DNA of 46,754 bases, from assembly GCA_036446835.1 (NCBI GenBank), contig JAZFTT010000038.1, positions 1-46,754 on the forward strand, in the 5' to 3' direction. The stretch comes from Acidimicrobiia bacterium (GTDB lineage Bacteria > Actinomycetota > Acidimicrobiia > Spongiisociales > ZC4RG35). Positions 8,210-16,585 of this stretch are shown here, piece by piece. The notes beneath the pieces are model-generated. The model was not told the origin of the DNA, ran no database searches, and saw only the letters and a program-made list of their open reading frames with translations. Every line of letters begins with the position of its first letter. The first letter of the stretch is position 1. Made by a program: the position numbers and the translations under genes.

Positions 8210-9769
8210 TCAGGTGATGAGCTCGTACGCTGGCAAGGTGAGAAAGTCGACAAAGCTCTCGTCGAGCGCAACTTCCTCGAAGATCTTCCGGGCGTATTCG
8301 CATTGACCCGGGTGGGGGTGTTCTTCCTCCTCGATCTGGCGAACAACGTCGCCACCGATCGACCTGACCAGCTCCTCGGTGACCGGAGTGCCGTCGGAAG
8401 TGATCACCCCGTGGTGGACCCACTGCCAGATCTGGGACCTGGAGATCTCCGCCGTGGCCACGTCCTCCATCAGGTTGTTGATGGCAACCGCGCCGATCCC
8501 GGAGAGCCACGAGGTTAGATATCGAATCCCGACCGACACGTTGGTGTGGACGCCGTCGATTGTTACGTCACCTGAAAAATCAACATCGAGCAAGTCTCCG
8601 GCGCCGACCTCCACGTCCCCGCGCAGTCGATCGATTTGGTTCGGGTTGCTGCCCAGCATCAGGTCAAACTCTCTCATGGCAATCGGCACCAGATCCGGAT
8701 GCGCTACCCAGGTGCCGTCGCAACCCGCGTCCGCCTCCCTGGCCTTGTCGGCGGACACCGCAGCCACCGCCTTTTTCGTCACCTCGTGGTCGCGTCGGTT
8801 GGGAATGAACGCCGCCATTCCACCAATCGCGTGAGTCCCTCTCCGGTGACATGTCTTGATCATCAACTCCGTGTAGGCATGCATGAAAGGCACGGTCATC
8901 GTCACCTGGGACCGGTCCGGAAGGACAAAGTCAGACCTGTTCCTGAACTTCTTGATCATTGAGAAGATGTAATCCCATCGTCCGGCGTTGAGGCCGGCGG
9001 CATGCTCTCTGAGCTCGTAGAGGATCTCGTCCATCTCGAATGCCGCCAGAACGTTCTCGATGAGAACGGTGGCCTTGATGGTTCCTTGCGGCATGTCGAG
9101 ATTGGCTTGTGTCCAGACGAACACGTCGTTCCAGAGCCGGGCTTCATGATGGGACTCCAGCTTGGGAAGGTAGAGGTAGGGCCCTGTCCCGTTGTGAATA
9201 GCGGCCCCGGCGCCGTGGAACATGTAGAGCCCGAAGTCGAAGAGCGATGCCGACATCGGTCGCCCGTCAACCAGAAAGTGCTTCTCGGTGAGATGCCAAC
9301 CGCGGGGCCGGACCATGAGGGTGGCGACCTCGGTGTTGAGCTTGTAGTGCTTCTTGTCCGTCTCCATCTCGAGGGTTCTCTCATAAGCCCCGACGATGTT
9401 GAGATGGCCCTCGAGAAGGTTGTTCCACCGGGGAGAGGTGGCGTCCTCGAAGTCCGCCATGAACACCTTCGCCCCCGAGTTGAGGGCGTTGATCATCATC
9501 TTGGCGTCCACCGGACCGGTGATCTCGACCCTCCGGTCCTCGAGATCCTCGGGGACCGGTGCGACCGTCCAGTCACCATCCCGGATTTGGCTGGTCGCCG
9601 GGTCGAAGTCAGGAATCTCACCGCCGTCGATCGCGTGCTGGCGAACCTCTCGTCGGGTCAGGATCTGTCCACGCCGCCAACCAAACTCGTTCTCCAGATC
9701 GATGAGAAAGGCGACCGCATCGGGTGTGAGCATCTTTCGCTCCGTGGCGGTCTGCTTGAATTGATTCAC
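8210..9769 (-). CDS. aceB: Malate synthase A
   Basis: 519 aa, colinear with AceB-type malate synthases (N-terminal [16 protein letters not shown], central [12 protein letters not shown]). GTG start. The stop lies inside the aceA Shine-Dalgarno sequence. Confidence 0.95.
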   Translation of the reverse strand: MNQFKQTATERKMLTPDAVAFLIDLENEFGWRRGQILTRREVRQHAIDGGEIPDFDPATSQIRDGDWTVAPVPEDLEDRRVEITGPVDAKMMINALNSGAKVFMADFEDATSPRWNNLLEGHLNIVGAYERTLEMETDKKHYKLNTEVATLMVRPRGWHLTEKHFLVDGRPMSASLFDFGLYMFHGAGAAIHNGTGPYLYLPKLESHHEARLWNDVFVWTQANLDMPQGTIKATVLIENVLAAFEMDEILYELREHAAGLNAGRWDYIFSMIKKFRNRSDFVLPDRSQVTMTVPFMHAYTELMIKTCHRRGTHAIGGMAAFIPNRRDHEVTKKAVAAVSADKAREADAGCDGTWVAHPDLVPIAMREFDLMLGSNPNQIDRLRGDVEVGAGDLLDVDFSGDVTIDGVHTNVSVGIRYLTSWLSGIGAVAINNLMEDVATAEISRSQIWQWVHHGVITSDGTPVTEELVRSIGGDVVRQIEEEEHPHPGQCEYARKIFEEVALDESFVDFLTLPAYELIT

Positions 9770-9852
9770 AAGACACTATCTTCTTCGCTCCTACACCAAG
9801 ATCAGTTCAATTCTGGGTATAAGATCGATCTATCTTTCGGATTGGAGGAGAT
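9770..9852. promoter_or_regulatory. Divergent aceB / ramB promoter-operator region
   Basis: 83-bp intergenic region containing AAGAcacTATCTT (9770-9782), AAGAtcgatcTATCTT (9821-9836) and the perfect 10-bp palindrome AGATCGATCT (9822-9831). The ramB Shine-Dalgarno GGAGGAG is at its right end. Confidence 0.4.
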
Positions 9853-11304
9853 ATGGTCGAACCTCGGCAATTGGATCCCCTGGTACTGGGACGACGGCTA
9901 CGTCACTACCGAAACGAAGCCGGACTCACTCTGGATCAGCTTGGACGACAAGTGGGAAAGCCCGCCCCCTATCTTTCGCTTCTCGAGAATGGCAAAAAGG
10001 AGCCCCGGGTAACCCTGGTGATGGACCTGGCGTCTGCGCTCGAAGTCGACGTCTCGGATCTCCTCGAGCCCACTCCCCCGAGCCGACGTGACTCGCTCGA
10101 GATCGCCCTCATCCGATCACAGGAGAGTGCTCTGTTCGAATCGCTCGATCTCCCCGCCGTAAAACCCAGCGCCAAGATGAGCACCGAGACCCTGACGCAC
10201 ATCGTTGGCCTCCATGCGGCTCTGCGTGACAAATCGGGTCTCGACTCGGCAGGTTCCGAAGACGTTCGACGTGCCAACGGCGCCGTTCACGCCTATCTGG
10301 CCGACAACGATGGACACCTCGAACATGTGGAAGCCGCGGCACGCAAGGCACTGGCCGCCTCCGGGTACGCCGGGGAAGGACCGTTCTCATCGCGAAACCT
10401 CCTCGACCTCGTCGCCGACTCCGGGTTCGATCTGACACCCATCGATGACATGCCCCTGTTCGCACGATCCATCATCGACACCGAGCACCACCGCATCTAC
10501 ATCGCCCAACGCAACGAACTACGCACCCGTCAAGCCCGAAAGGCGGTACTCCAGACCCTCGCCGGATCGCTTCTCGAGCACGAGACCAATCCCGATCTCG
10601 ACACTTTCCTACGACAGAGAATGGAGACCGCCTATTTCGCAGGAGCCGTACTCGTCCCGGAAGAGGCTGTGGTCGGCCGGCTCCGAACTTCCAGGGAGCA
10701 GCACGACATCGACGTCGAAGACGTGAAGGAGCTCTACTACGTCTCCTATGAGATGGCGGCATGGCGAATCGTCAATCTTCTCACCCGACACCTTGGAATC
10801 GAGTGTCATCTTCTCATCAGCGACCAGATGGGGACGATCGTCAAGGGGTACTCAAACGATGGACTGCCCGTCGATCGAGATGAGCACGGGGGTCTGGAGA
10901 CCCAGCGCATATGCCGCCGGTGGGGAGCCAGGGCCACGTTCGACTCGGTCGACCGCTTCGTGACCCACCACCAGTACACCGACACCTCCGCGGGTACCTT
11001 CTTCTGTACAACACACGTCGAAGCGGACCGGGATCCGTCCTACGCCACCACCCTGGGGGTCAAGTTCGCCGATGCCCGCTGGTTCCGAGGGCGGGACACC
11101 GAGAACCGGGAGACTTCAGGCTGTCCCGATCCCACTTGCTGTCGGAATCCAGCGGCTGACGCCGCCGAGAGGTGGGAGAACAAGGTGATCGTCTCGGCTC
11201 GGTCACAAGCCCGAATCTTGGGACTTCTCGCCCCTGACCCCTACCCCGAGCTGGACATGCCGGAGGTGCTTTCGGTTGTGGAACGTCACTCCGAGGACCG
11301 CTAG
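9853..11304 (+). CDS. ramB: XRE-family HTH plus ImmA/IrrE-like domain regulator, RamB/ScfR type (glyoxylate-shunt / acetate regulator)
   Basis: N-terminal HTH LGRRLRHYRNEAGLTLDQLGRQVGKPAPYLSLLENGKK. Length 483 aa. It is divergent from aceBA, as ramB is next to icl in Mycobacterium and Corynebacterium. Confidence 0.8.
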   Translation: MVEPRQLDPLVLGRRLRHYRNEAGLTLDQLGRQVGKPAPYLSLLENGKKEPRVTLVMDLASALEVDVSDLLEPTPPSRRDSLEIALIRSQESALFESLDLPAVKPSAKMSTETLTHIVGLHAALRDKSGLDSAGSEDVRRANGAVHAYLADNDGHLEHVEAAARKALAASGYAGEGPFSSRNLLDLVADSGFDLTPIDDMPLFARSIIDTEHHRIYIAQRNELRTRQARKAVLQTLAGSLLEHETNPDLDTFLRQRMETAYFAGAVLVPEEAVVGRLRTSREQHDIDVEDVKELYYVSYEMAAWRIVNLLTRHLGIECHLLISDQMGTIVKGYSNDGLPVDRDEHGGLETQRICRRWGARATFDSVDRFVTHHQYTDTSAGTFFCTTHVEADRDPSYATTLGVKFADARWFRGRDTENRETSGCPDPTCCRNPAADAAERWENKVIVSARSQARILGLLAPDPYPELDMPEVLSVVERHSEDR

Positions 11305-11407
11305 CTGGGGCGATCTCGAGGACATCGGAGGCGTTCTCGACATCACCGCCAACGCTGCCAAACAAAGAATTCATCGGGCCAGGCAAAACCTGGTTCGAGA
11401 ATACCTA
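11303..11407 (+). pseudogene. Remnant of an ECF sigma factor (region 4.2 only)
   Basis: SWGDLEDIGGVLDITANAAKQRIHRARQNLVREYL is a sigma-70 region-4 HTH. The frame opens only at 11189, inside ramB, so regions 2 and 3 are absent. Confidence 0.6.
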
Positions 11408-11458
11408 CGAGACCAAAAGAAGACAGTTTCCCCCGTTGCTCAGGAAGGATGGTGTGCC

Positions 11459-12238
11459 GTGAGCGTTGAGACTCAAGTCCTTGCTCTCTTCGAAAAGGGC
11501 AATCCGGTCCCAGAACTAGATGGTCTGGAGAGGATCGATCCCGATGCTGCTGCCTACCTCGCAACCCTGATTCAAGGGAGCAGCGAAGTGACACAAATAG
11601 AGACAGAGAAAGTCGAGGAGCAGGAAGAGAAGCGACCGATGATGCCGTGGCTGATAGCAGCGGTCCTGGCTGTGGTCGTCGGAGTCGCATTGTTGGTCAT
11701 CAACCACGGCGCCAAGGACGCTCCAGTCGCATCCGACAACGGTGGCTGATGCGGTGCCAACCACTACCGGTCCGCCGACCGCGACTGAGCAACCCGGTAC
11801 AACCATCGACGCGGCCGAGGCTGCCTAGGAGTCGATACCGATCTATTCCGGGGGGCCGGCCGGGCACTACCGGGTCTTGGGGTTCGTCCCCGCATTCTCG
11901 TTCGACGTCCCGGATGGGTGGATACCGGATGCGAATACGCCAGGAGAGGATGCCTTTGCGCTAACCCCCTTCGAGGGACGAAACGAAGATACGATCGCCG
12001 GAGGTGTCTTCTTCCGCGTCGATGAGTCCACCATCAGCGACCAAGTGAATCGTTTCGTGAACAGTGGGGGCCGGGAATCGGGACATGGATCCTCGGTCCC
12101 GAAGAAGACGCAGGTGAGTACGTCATTTACATTCTCGATGTAAACGGCGACACGGTCCTCATCGTTGGTGAGCTCGCCGCCGGTCGGCAAGCGATCGACA
12201 ACCTCGCCAACTCCATCGTCTGGAAAGACCTCAACTAG
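11459..12238 (+). pseudogene. Disrupted single-pass membrane protein in the anti-sigma position
   Basis: The coding signal switches from frame 2 (GTG 11459 to TGA 11747-11749; TM segment MMPWLIAAVLAVVVGVALLVI) to frame 0 (about 11745-12070, with an in-frame TAG at 11826-11828) and back to frame 2 (ending KDLN-TAG at 12236-12238). Adding one G to the G5 run at 12066-12070 restores ...VNSGGPGIGTWILGPEEDAGEYV... Confidence 0.5.
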
Positions 12239-12245
12239 GCCCAAT

Positions 12246-12288
12246 GCGTGTGCAGGAGTGTGGAATGGGTCCACGTTCCTGCACACGC
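12246..12288. terminator. Bidirectional terminator-like hairpin between convergent genes
   Basis: 12-bp arms GCGTGTGCAGGA (12246-12257) and TCCTGCACACGC (12277-12288) flank a 19-nt loop that contains an inner GTGG/CCAC stem. It lies between the pseudogene stop (12238) and the S10 peptidase stop (12295). Confidence 0.55.
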
Positions 12289-12294
12289 TCGGTA

Positions 12295-13773
12295 TCAGGT
12301 CGTGTCGGTGACGAACTCCCTCAGGTGACCGGCCAATGCGGCAAGTGATGGCTGATGCACGTACATCATGTGACCGGCTTCGTAGTACTCCATGCGCACG
12401 TTCTCTCTTACTTCAGGATCAAGTCCCATATGGGAGAACGTGTACTCGGTGGCAAAATGTGGCGTCGCCAGATCGAAATAACCGTTGGCGACAAAGACGT
12501 GGGTACCTTTCGACCGGGAAAGCACCTCACGCATGTTCTCCGAAGTGTCCACGTACTGATTCTTGAAGTCTTCGAACTCCCATCGCTCGTTGACTTTCAT
12601 CGACAGGATCTCGTAAATCTCTTTGGAGTCGAACCCGATCTCGTCTCTCAGATAGTGGTTCAGCGCCGAAGTCGCCACGGCTCCAGTGGCGTCCGTGCTT
12701 GGATCAGCCTCGATGATGTTTCCGTCGCTATCCCGGTCGATACCGACATAACGGGAGTCGATTCGACCAACCGTCCTTCTCTGATCACGCAGAAGTTCCT
12801 TGCAGAATCGAAGGATGTGGATGCGAAGGTCGTAGCGATCGATGTACTCGGCACCAAGACCCGTGTACTCACCAAGCTTCTCTGCCACCGACGCCCGCTC
12901 CGCGGTGTCTATCTGATCACCTGCAGCGAGAGCCGACCAGTAGTCCCTAAGGGCGAACTCCTCGACTTCATCGAGAAGCTCCCTGACCGATCTCGACTGA
13001 AGCTCGTCCGACAGCTGACCGTGGTACCAGGCCGTCGCTGCGTAAGTCGGCAGATAGAGCGCGTAAGGGAGGTCGTTGCCGGGGTGGAACATCAGGGACT
13101 TGCGATCGAGCCCCACCGTCTGATAGTTGAGAATCGAAGAGATCAGGACGATGCCGTTGAACTCGACGCCGTGGGTGGCGAACAGCTCACGGGCGATTGC
13201 CGCTCCTCGCAAGGTGCCGTAGCTCTCCCCCGCCAGATACTTCGGCGAGGCCCATCGACCGTTTCGGTTCAGGTAATGCACTATGAAGTGACTGAAAGCC
13301 TCGACATCGTGTTTGTAGTGGTGGAAATCCTTCTCGTCCTCTTTCTTGGCCGTGGTGCTGAACCCGGTGCCCATCGCATCGACACACACCACATCGGTCA
13401 CGTCGAGGATCGAGTGCTCGTTCTCGATGAGCTTGCCCTGCATGCCCGTTTTGAAGCCCTCCTCGTCAAACTCCATCCGCATCGGCCCGAAGAGACCGAG
13501 ATGAAGCCAGACCGTCGATGAGCCCGGGCCGCCGTTGAAGCAGAAGAGGATCGGTCGCGTTGCCGAGTCTGCCTCGTCTTTGGCGTAGGAAACGTAGAAG
13601 AACGAAGCCTTTTTCTCGTTGACCTCGAATACCTGGGTCGCCGCCGTCGCCGTGTAGGCAACCTTCTCCCCGCCAAACACACCCGTGTACTGCCGCGTTG
13701 CTTTCTTCTCCTTGAGTTCAGGAGATTTCGTCTTTGACTTATTCTTCTTTTTCTTGCTCTTGTCTTTTGCCAT
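12295..13773 (-). CDS. Serine carboxypeptidase, MEROPS S10 family
   Basis: Motifs FCFNGGPGSS and the catalytic-Ser motif LAGESYG. The N-terminus is Lys-rich (MAKDKSKKKKNKSKTKSPELKEKK) and there is no signal peptide. Confidence 0.85.
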   Translation of the reverse strand: MAKDKSKKKKNKSKTKSPELKEKKATRQYTGVFGGEKVAYTATAATQVFEVNEKKASFFYVSYAKDEADSATRPILFCFNGGPGSSTVWLHLGLFGPMRMEFDEEGFKTGMQGKLIENEHSILDVTDVVCVDAMGTGFSTTAKKEDEKDFHHYKHDVEAFSHFIVHYLNRNGRWASPKYLAGESYGTLRGAAIARELFATHGVEFNGIVLISSILNYQTVGLDRKSLMFHPGNDLPYALYLPTYAATAWYHGQLSDELQSRSVRELLDEVEEFALRDYWSALAAGDQIDTAERASVAEKLGEYTGLGAEYIDRYDLRIHILRFCKELLRDQRRTVGRIDSRYVGIDRDSDGNIIEADPSTDATGAVATSALNHYLRDEIGFDSKEIYEILSMKVNERWEFEDFKNQYVDTSENMREVLSRSKGTHVFVANGYFDLATPHFATEYTFSHMGLDPEVRENVRMEYYEAGHMMYVHQPSLAALAGHLREFVTDTT

Positions 13774-13782
13774 ACCCGGAGG

Positions 13783-14349
13783 CTAAACCGAGCGAGGTCG
13801 CCCGTCGTCACCAAGCCAGTCTTCGCCAGACACACCAAGACCCTCGGCTATTCGGTTGATGTAGTTGAAGTAAGCAACGACTTGAACACAGCTCGAAATA
13901 GCCTGGTCGTCGTATCCGTGGCGACGAAGACGTTCGACGTCGGCGGCGTCGACAGCGCCAGGCTTGGCGGTGATTCTCTCTGTGAACTCGAGCAATTCAC
14001 GGGTCGGGTCATCCAGTCGAGCGGTACGCCAACCGACCGCGAATCGATCAACCGTCTCCTGATCGTCGACCTCATCCCGGAGGTCGTGTAAATGCGCTGC
14101 TATTCAGTAGTGACACTCATTCGACTGAGACGTGACCACGGCGATCATCTCCCGTTGCGCGCGGGACAGGGGCGAAGGGCCATACATGATCGATTGGTAG
14201 AGACGCATCGAATCACGCATCACCTCGGGAAGTTGACTCTGGATCGAGACGATGTTCCAGATCCTCCCAGCCCGCCGTTGCGCTGCGTCGTACTCGCGAC
14301 GAGCAACTCCCGAAGTCTCGTCATATTCGAGAACGTGGACGTGTGGCAC
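13783..14349 (-). CDS. AhpD/carboxymuconolactone-decarboxylase-family peroxidase-related protein; candidate selenoprotein with an in-frame UGA at 14104-14106
   Basis: ORFs 14104..14349 and 13783..13995 share a frame, and the 36 codons between them are open. The joined 188-aa product reads SQSNECHY[TGA]IAAHLHDL, which is the CxxCxxxH motif with TGA at the second Cys. GTG start is 2 nt after the E2 stop. Confidence 0.7.
14067..14086 (-). other. SECIS-like hairpin downstream of the in-frame UGA
   Basis: The mRNA reads UGA, then 17 nt, then CGACCUC-CGGGAU-GAGGUCG, a perfect 7-bp stem with a 6-nt G-rich apical loop. Confidence 0.5.
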
Positions 14350-14351
14350 AG

Positions 14352-15596
14352 CTATCCGGCCAGAAAGAGAGCAGGCTCTTCGAGATTCTCCATCACCAGG
14401 GACATGAACCTCCTACCCAGACCGCCATCGATCACCCGGTGGTCATATGAGAGCGACAGTGGCATCACCGGGGCAATGGCCAGATCCCCGTCGTAAACGG
14501 TGGGCTTCGACTTTGCGCGACCGATCGACAGGATGGCCGTCGTCCCCGGAGGAACGATGGGCGTTCCATGCCCACCGCCTACTGCGCCAATATTGGAAAC
14601 GGTGAACGTTTGCCCCGTGAGCTCGTCGGGGGAGAGCTTGCGTTCCCGTGCGCCTTCTCCCAACCGTGCCACCTCGGTGGCGAGTTCGAGAACTCCCTTC
14701 GAGTCGGCGTCGCGGATCACCGCCACGAGAAGCCCATCGGGTGTGTCGACGGCGATCCCGATGTCATGTGAGCCATGCACCAACAGGTCATCACCCTCCA
14801 AGGTGGCGTTGAACTCCGGGAAAGCGCTCAAGGCGGGAAGCACCGCCCGTACCAGCAGAGCCTCGATGGGAATCTTGATTTGGTGTCGCTCACTCAGCGC
14901 GACGCGAACCTCGAGGAGCCTTGTCGCATCCACATCGTCGAAGGTCGTCACGTGGGGGATCTCGGCCCAACTCTTCGCCATGTTGGCTGCGATGGTGCGG
15001 CGCAGACGAGACATGGGACGACGCTCGTCCAGGCTCGTTGTGGTGGCTACAGAAGGTTTCGCCGGCTCGGTTTCTGACGGAGCCGCCTCTCTCGCGGTCG
15101 GAGGAGCGGTGGAGGCAATGGCGGCTTCGGCGTCCTCGCGGGTGACCCTTCCTCCCGTCCCGGTCCCGGTGACGGTCTCCAGGTCGAGCCCGGCGTCACG
15201 AGCCAGTTTGCGGACTACTGGCAGGGCTTTCACAGATGTCGCAACGGGCGCCACCGACTCGGTGACAGCCCCGATCACCTCCGCCTCTTCGCTGATTGTT
15301 CCGACTATGGGGGCAGCCTCGGATGTCTCAACCGGCGGTCTGCCGCCCGCTGTCTCGCCTTGGGTACCAATTACCACCAACACCGCGCCGACCTCGATGG
15401 TCTCTCCCTCGGCGCCGCCGTGACGGACCACGATTCCCTCGTAAGGCGACGGAATTTCGACAACCGCCTTGTCGGTCTCCACCTCGACGATGGGTTGATC
15501 GGCGGCAACCGGGTCGCCCTCAGCGATCAGCCAGCGGACAATCTCGGCCTCGGTGAGACCTTCGCCTATGTCGGGAAGTCTGAACTCGCGAGCCAC
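14352..15596 (-). CDS. Dihydrolipoamide acyltransferase (E2) of a 2-oxoacid (branched-chain/pyruvate) dehydrogenase complex
   Basis: Lipoyl domain PDIGEGLTEAEI...VETDKAVVEIPSP, subunit-binding domain ALPVVRKLARDAGLDL, and catalytic motif SYDHRVIDG. GTG start at 15594-15596 is preceded by GGAGGA and overlaps the E1 beta stop TAG by 1 nt. Confidence 0.9.
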   Translation of the reverse strand: MAREFRLPDIGEGLTEAEIVRWLIAEGDPVAADQPIVEVETDKAVVEIPSPYEGIVVRHGGAEGETIEVGAVLVVIGTQGETAGGRPPVETSEAAPIVGTISEEAEVIGAVTESVAPVATSVKALPVVRKLARDAGLDLETVTGTGTGGRVTREDAEAAIASTAPPTAREAAPSETEPAKPSVATTTSLDERRPMSRLRRTIAANMAKSWAEIPHVTTFDDVDATRLLEVRVALSERHQIKIPIEALLVRAVLPALSAFPEFNATLEGDDLLVHGSHDIGIAVDTPDGLLVAVIRDADSKGVLELATEVARLGEGARERKLSPDELTGQTFTVSNIGAVGGGHGTPIVPPGTTAILSIGRAKSKPTVYDGDLAIAPVMPLSLSYDHRVIDGGLGRRFMSLVMENLEEPALFLAG

Positions 15597-16585
15597 TATT
15601 CCTCCAATGTCCTTCTCGCTGCGGCAGTGATCCGATCCACAGATGGAAGGTAGTGGCCTTCTGAACGCTTGAGCGGGAAGACCGTGTCCCAACCGGTAAC
15701 ACGCTGCACCGGCGCCAGCAGCGAGTAAAGACACCGCTCCTGAATGGTGGCGGCGATCTCACCCCCAAACCCTCCGGTCAATGGAGCCTCGTGCACCACC
15801 ACGGCCCGACCGGTTTTCTCAACACTGGCCACGATCCCATCACGATCCAGCGGCGTCAATGTTCGGACATCGATCACCTCCACCGAGACGTCTTCCTCTT
15901 CGAGGGCAGAAGCCGCCCGTCGGGTCTCCCTCATCATCGCTCCCCAGCCAAACAGGGTGACATCGTCACCCGATCGCTCGACACGAACCGGGCCGATGTC
16001 AACCCGGTAGTAGATCTCGGGGATCTGCTCCTTGATGGCCCGATACAGCCTGATCGGTTCGAGAAACACGACTGGATCAGGGTCCTCGATGGCGGCAAGC
16101 AGCAATCCGCGGGCGTCTCGGGGCGTGGACGGCACAACGACCTTGACACCCGGGATGTGCGCGTAGATGGCCTCTGTCGACTCCGAATGGTGCTCGGCTG
16201 CTCCTATCCCGCCGCCGTAGGGGATGCGGATCACCAGCGGGGCAGTGAATCGGTGGTTGGAGCGGTTTCGGATCCGGGCAACATGATTGATGACCTGGTC
16301 ATATGCCGGATAGGAGAATCCCAGGAACTGAAGCTCGGCCACCGGCCTCATCCCGGCGATGGCCATGCCAAACGCTGCTCCGACGATGCCAGACTCGGCG
16401 ACCGGGGTATCGAACACCCGATTCGTCCCGTATTTGTCTGCAAGCCCATCTGTGATCCTGAAGACGCCTCCGGTACGCCCGATGTCCTCACCAAGCAAGA
16501 CCACCCGATCGTCGGAGGACAGCGCGGTGTCCAGCGCACCATTCAGGGCCTGAGCGAGGTTCAACTCATTCATCGGCAACCCCAT
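15596..16585 (-). CDS. 2-oxoacid dehydrogenase E1 component, beta subunit
   Basis: Typical E1 beta sequence (LNLAQALNGALD..., GEDIGRTGGVFR, C-terminal transketolase-like domain). An alternative ATG at 16573 (MNELNLAQAL) overlaps the E1 alpha stop. Confidence 0.95.
   Translation of the reverse strand: MGLPMNELNLAQALNGALDTALSSDDRVVLLGEDIGRTGGVFRITDGLADKYGTNRVFDTPVAESGIVGAAFGMAIAGMRPVAELQFLGFSYPAYDQVINHVARIRNRSNHRFTAPLVIRIPYGGGIGAAEHHSESTEAIYAHIPGVKVVVPSTPRDARGLLLAAIEDPDPVVFLEPIRLYRAIKEQIPEIYYRVDIGPVRVERSGDDVTLFGWGAMMRETRRAASALEEEDVSVEVIDVRTLTPLDRDGIVASVEKTGRAVVVHEAPLTGGFGGEIAATIQERCLYSLLAPVQRVTGWDTVFPLKRSEGHYLPSVDRITAAARRTLEE

Noticed and set aside
8199-8510. N-terminal 104-aa extension of the isocitrate lyase ORF
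   Set aside because: It overlaps the 3' end of aceB and is Arg/Gly-rich. A GTG with a strong Shine-Dalgarno sequence at 8198 gives a canonical 425-aa ICL. Similar upstream extensions were trimmed for the LLM oxidoreductase, E2, cyclophilin, MaoC, nitroreductase and btpA-like ORFs.
11647-11964. 105-aa Arg-rich + strand ORF in the decayed region (and the minus-strand ORF 11867..12286)
   Set aside because: The composition is non-coding-like. The other + frames carry the recognisable membrane-protein and extracytoplasmic-domain pieces.
12355-13521. 388-aa + strand ORF
   Set aside because: It lies antisense to the S10 peptidase, whose catalytic motifs (GGPGSS, GESYG) are clear on the minus strand.
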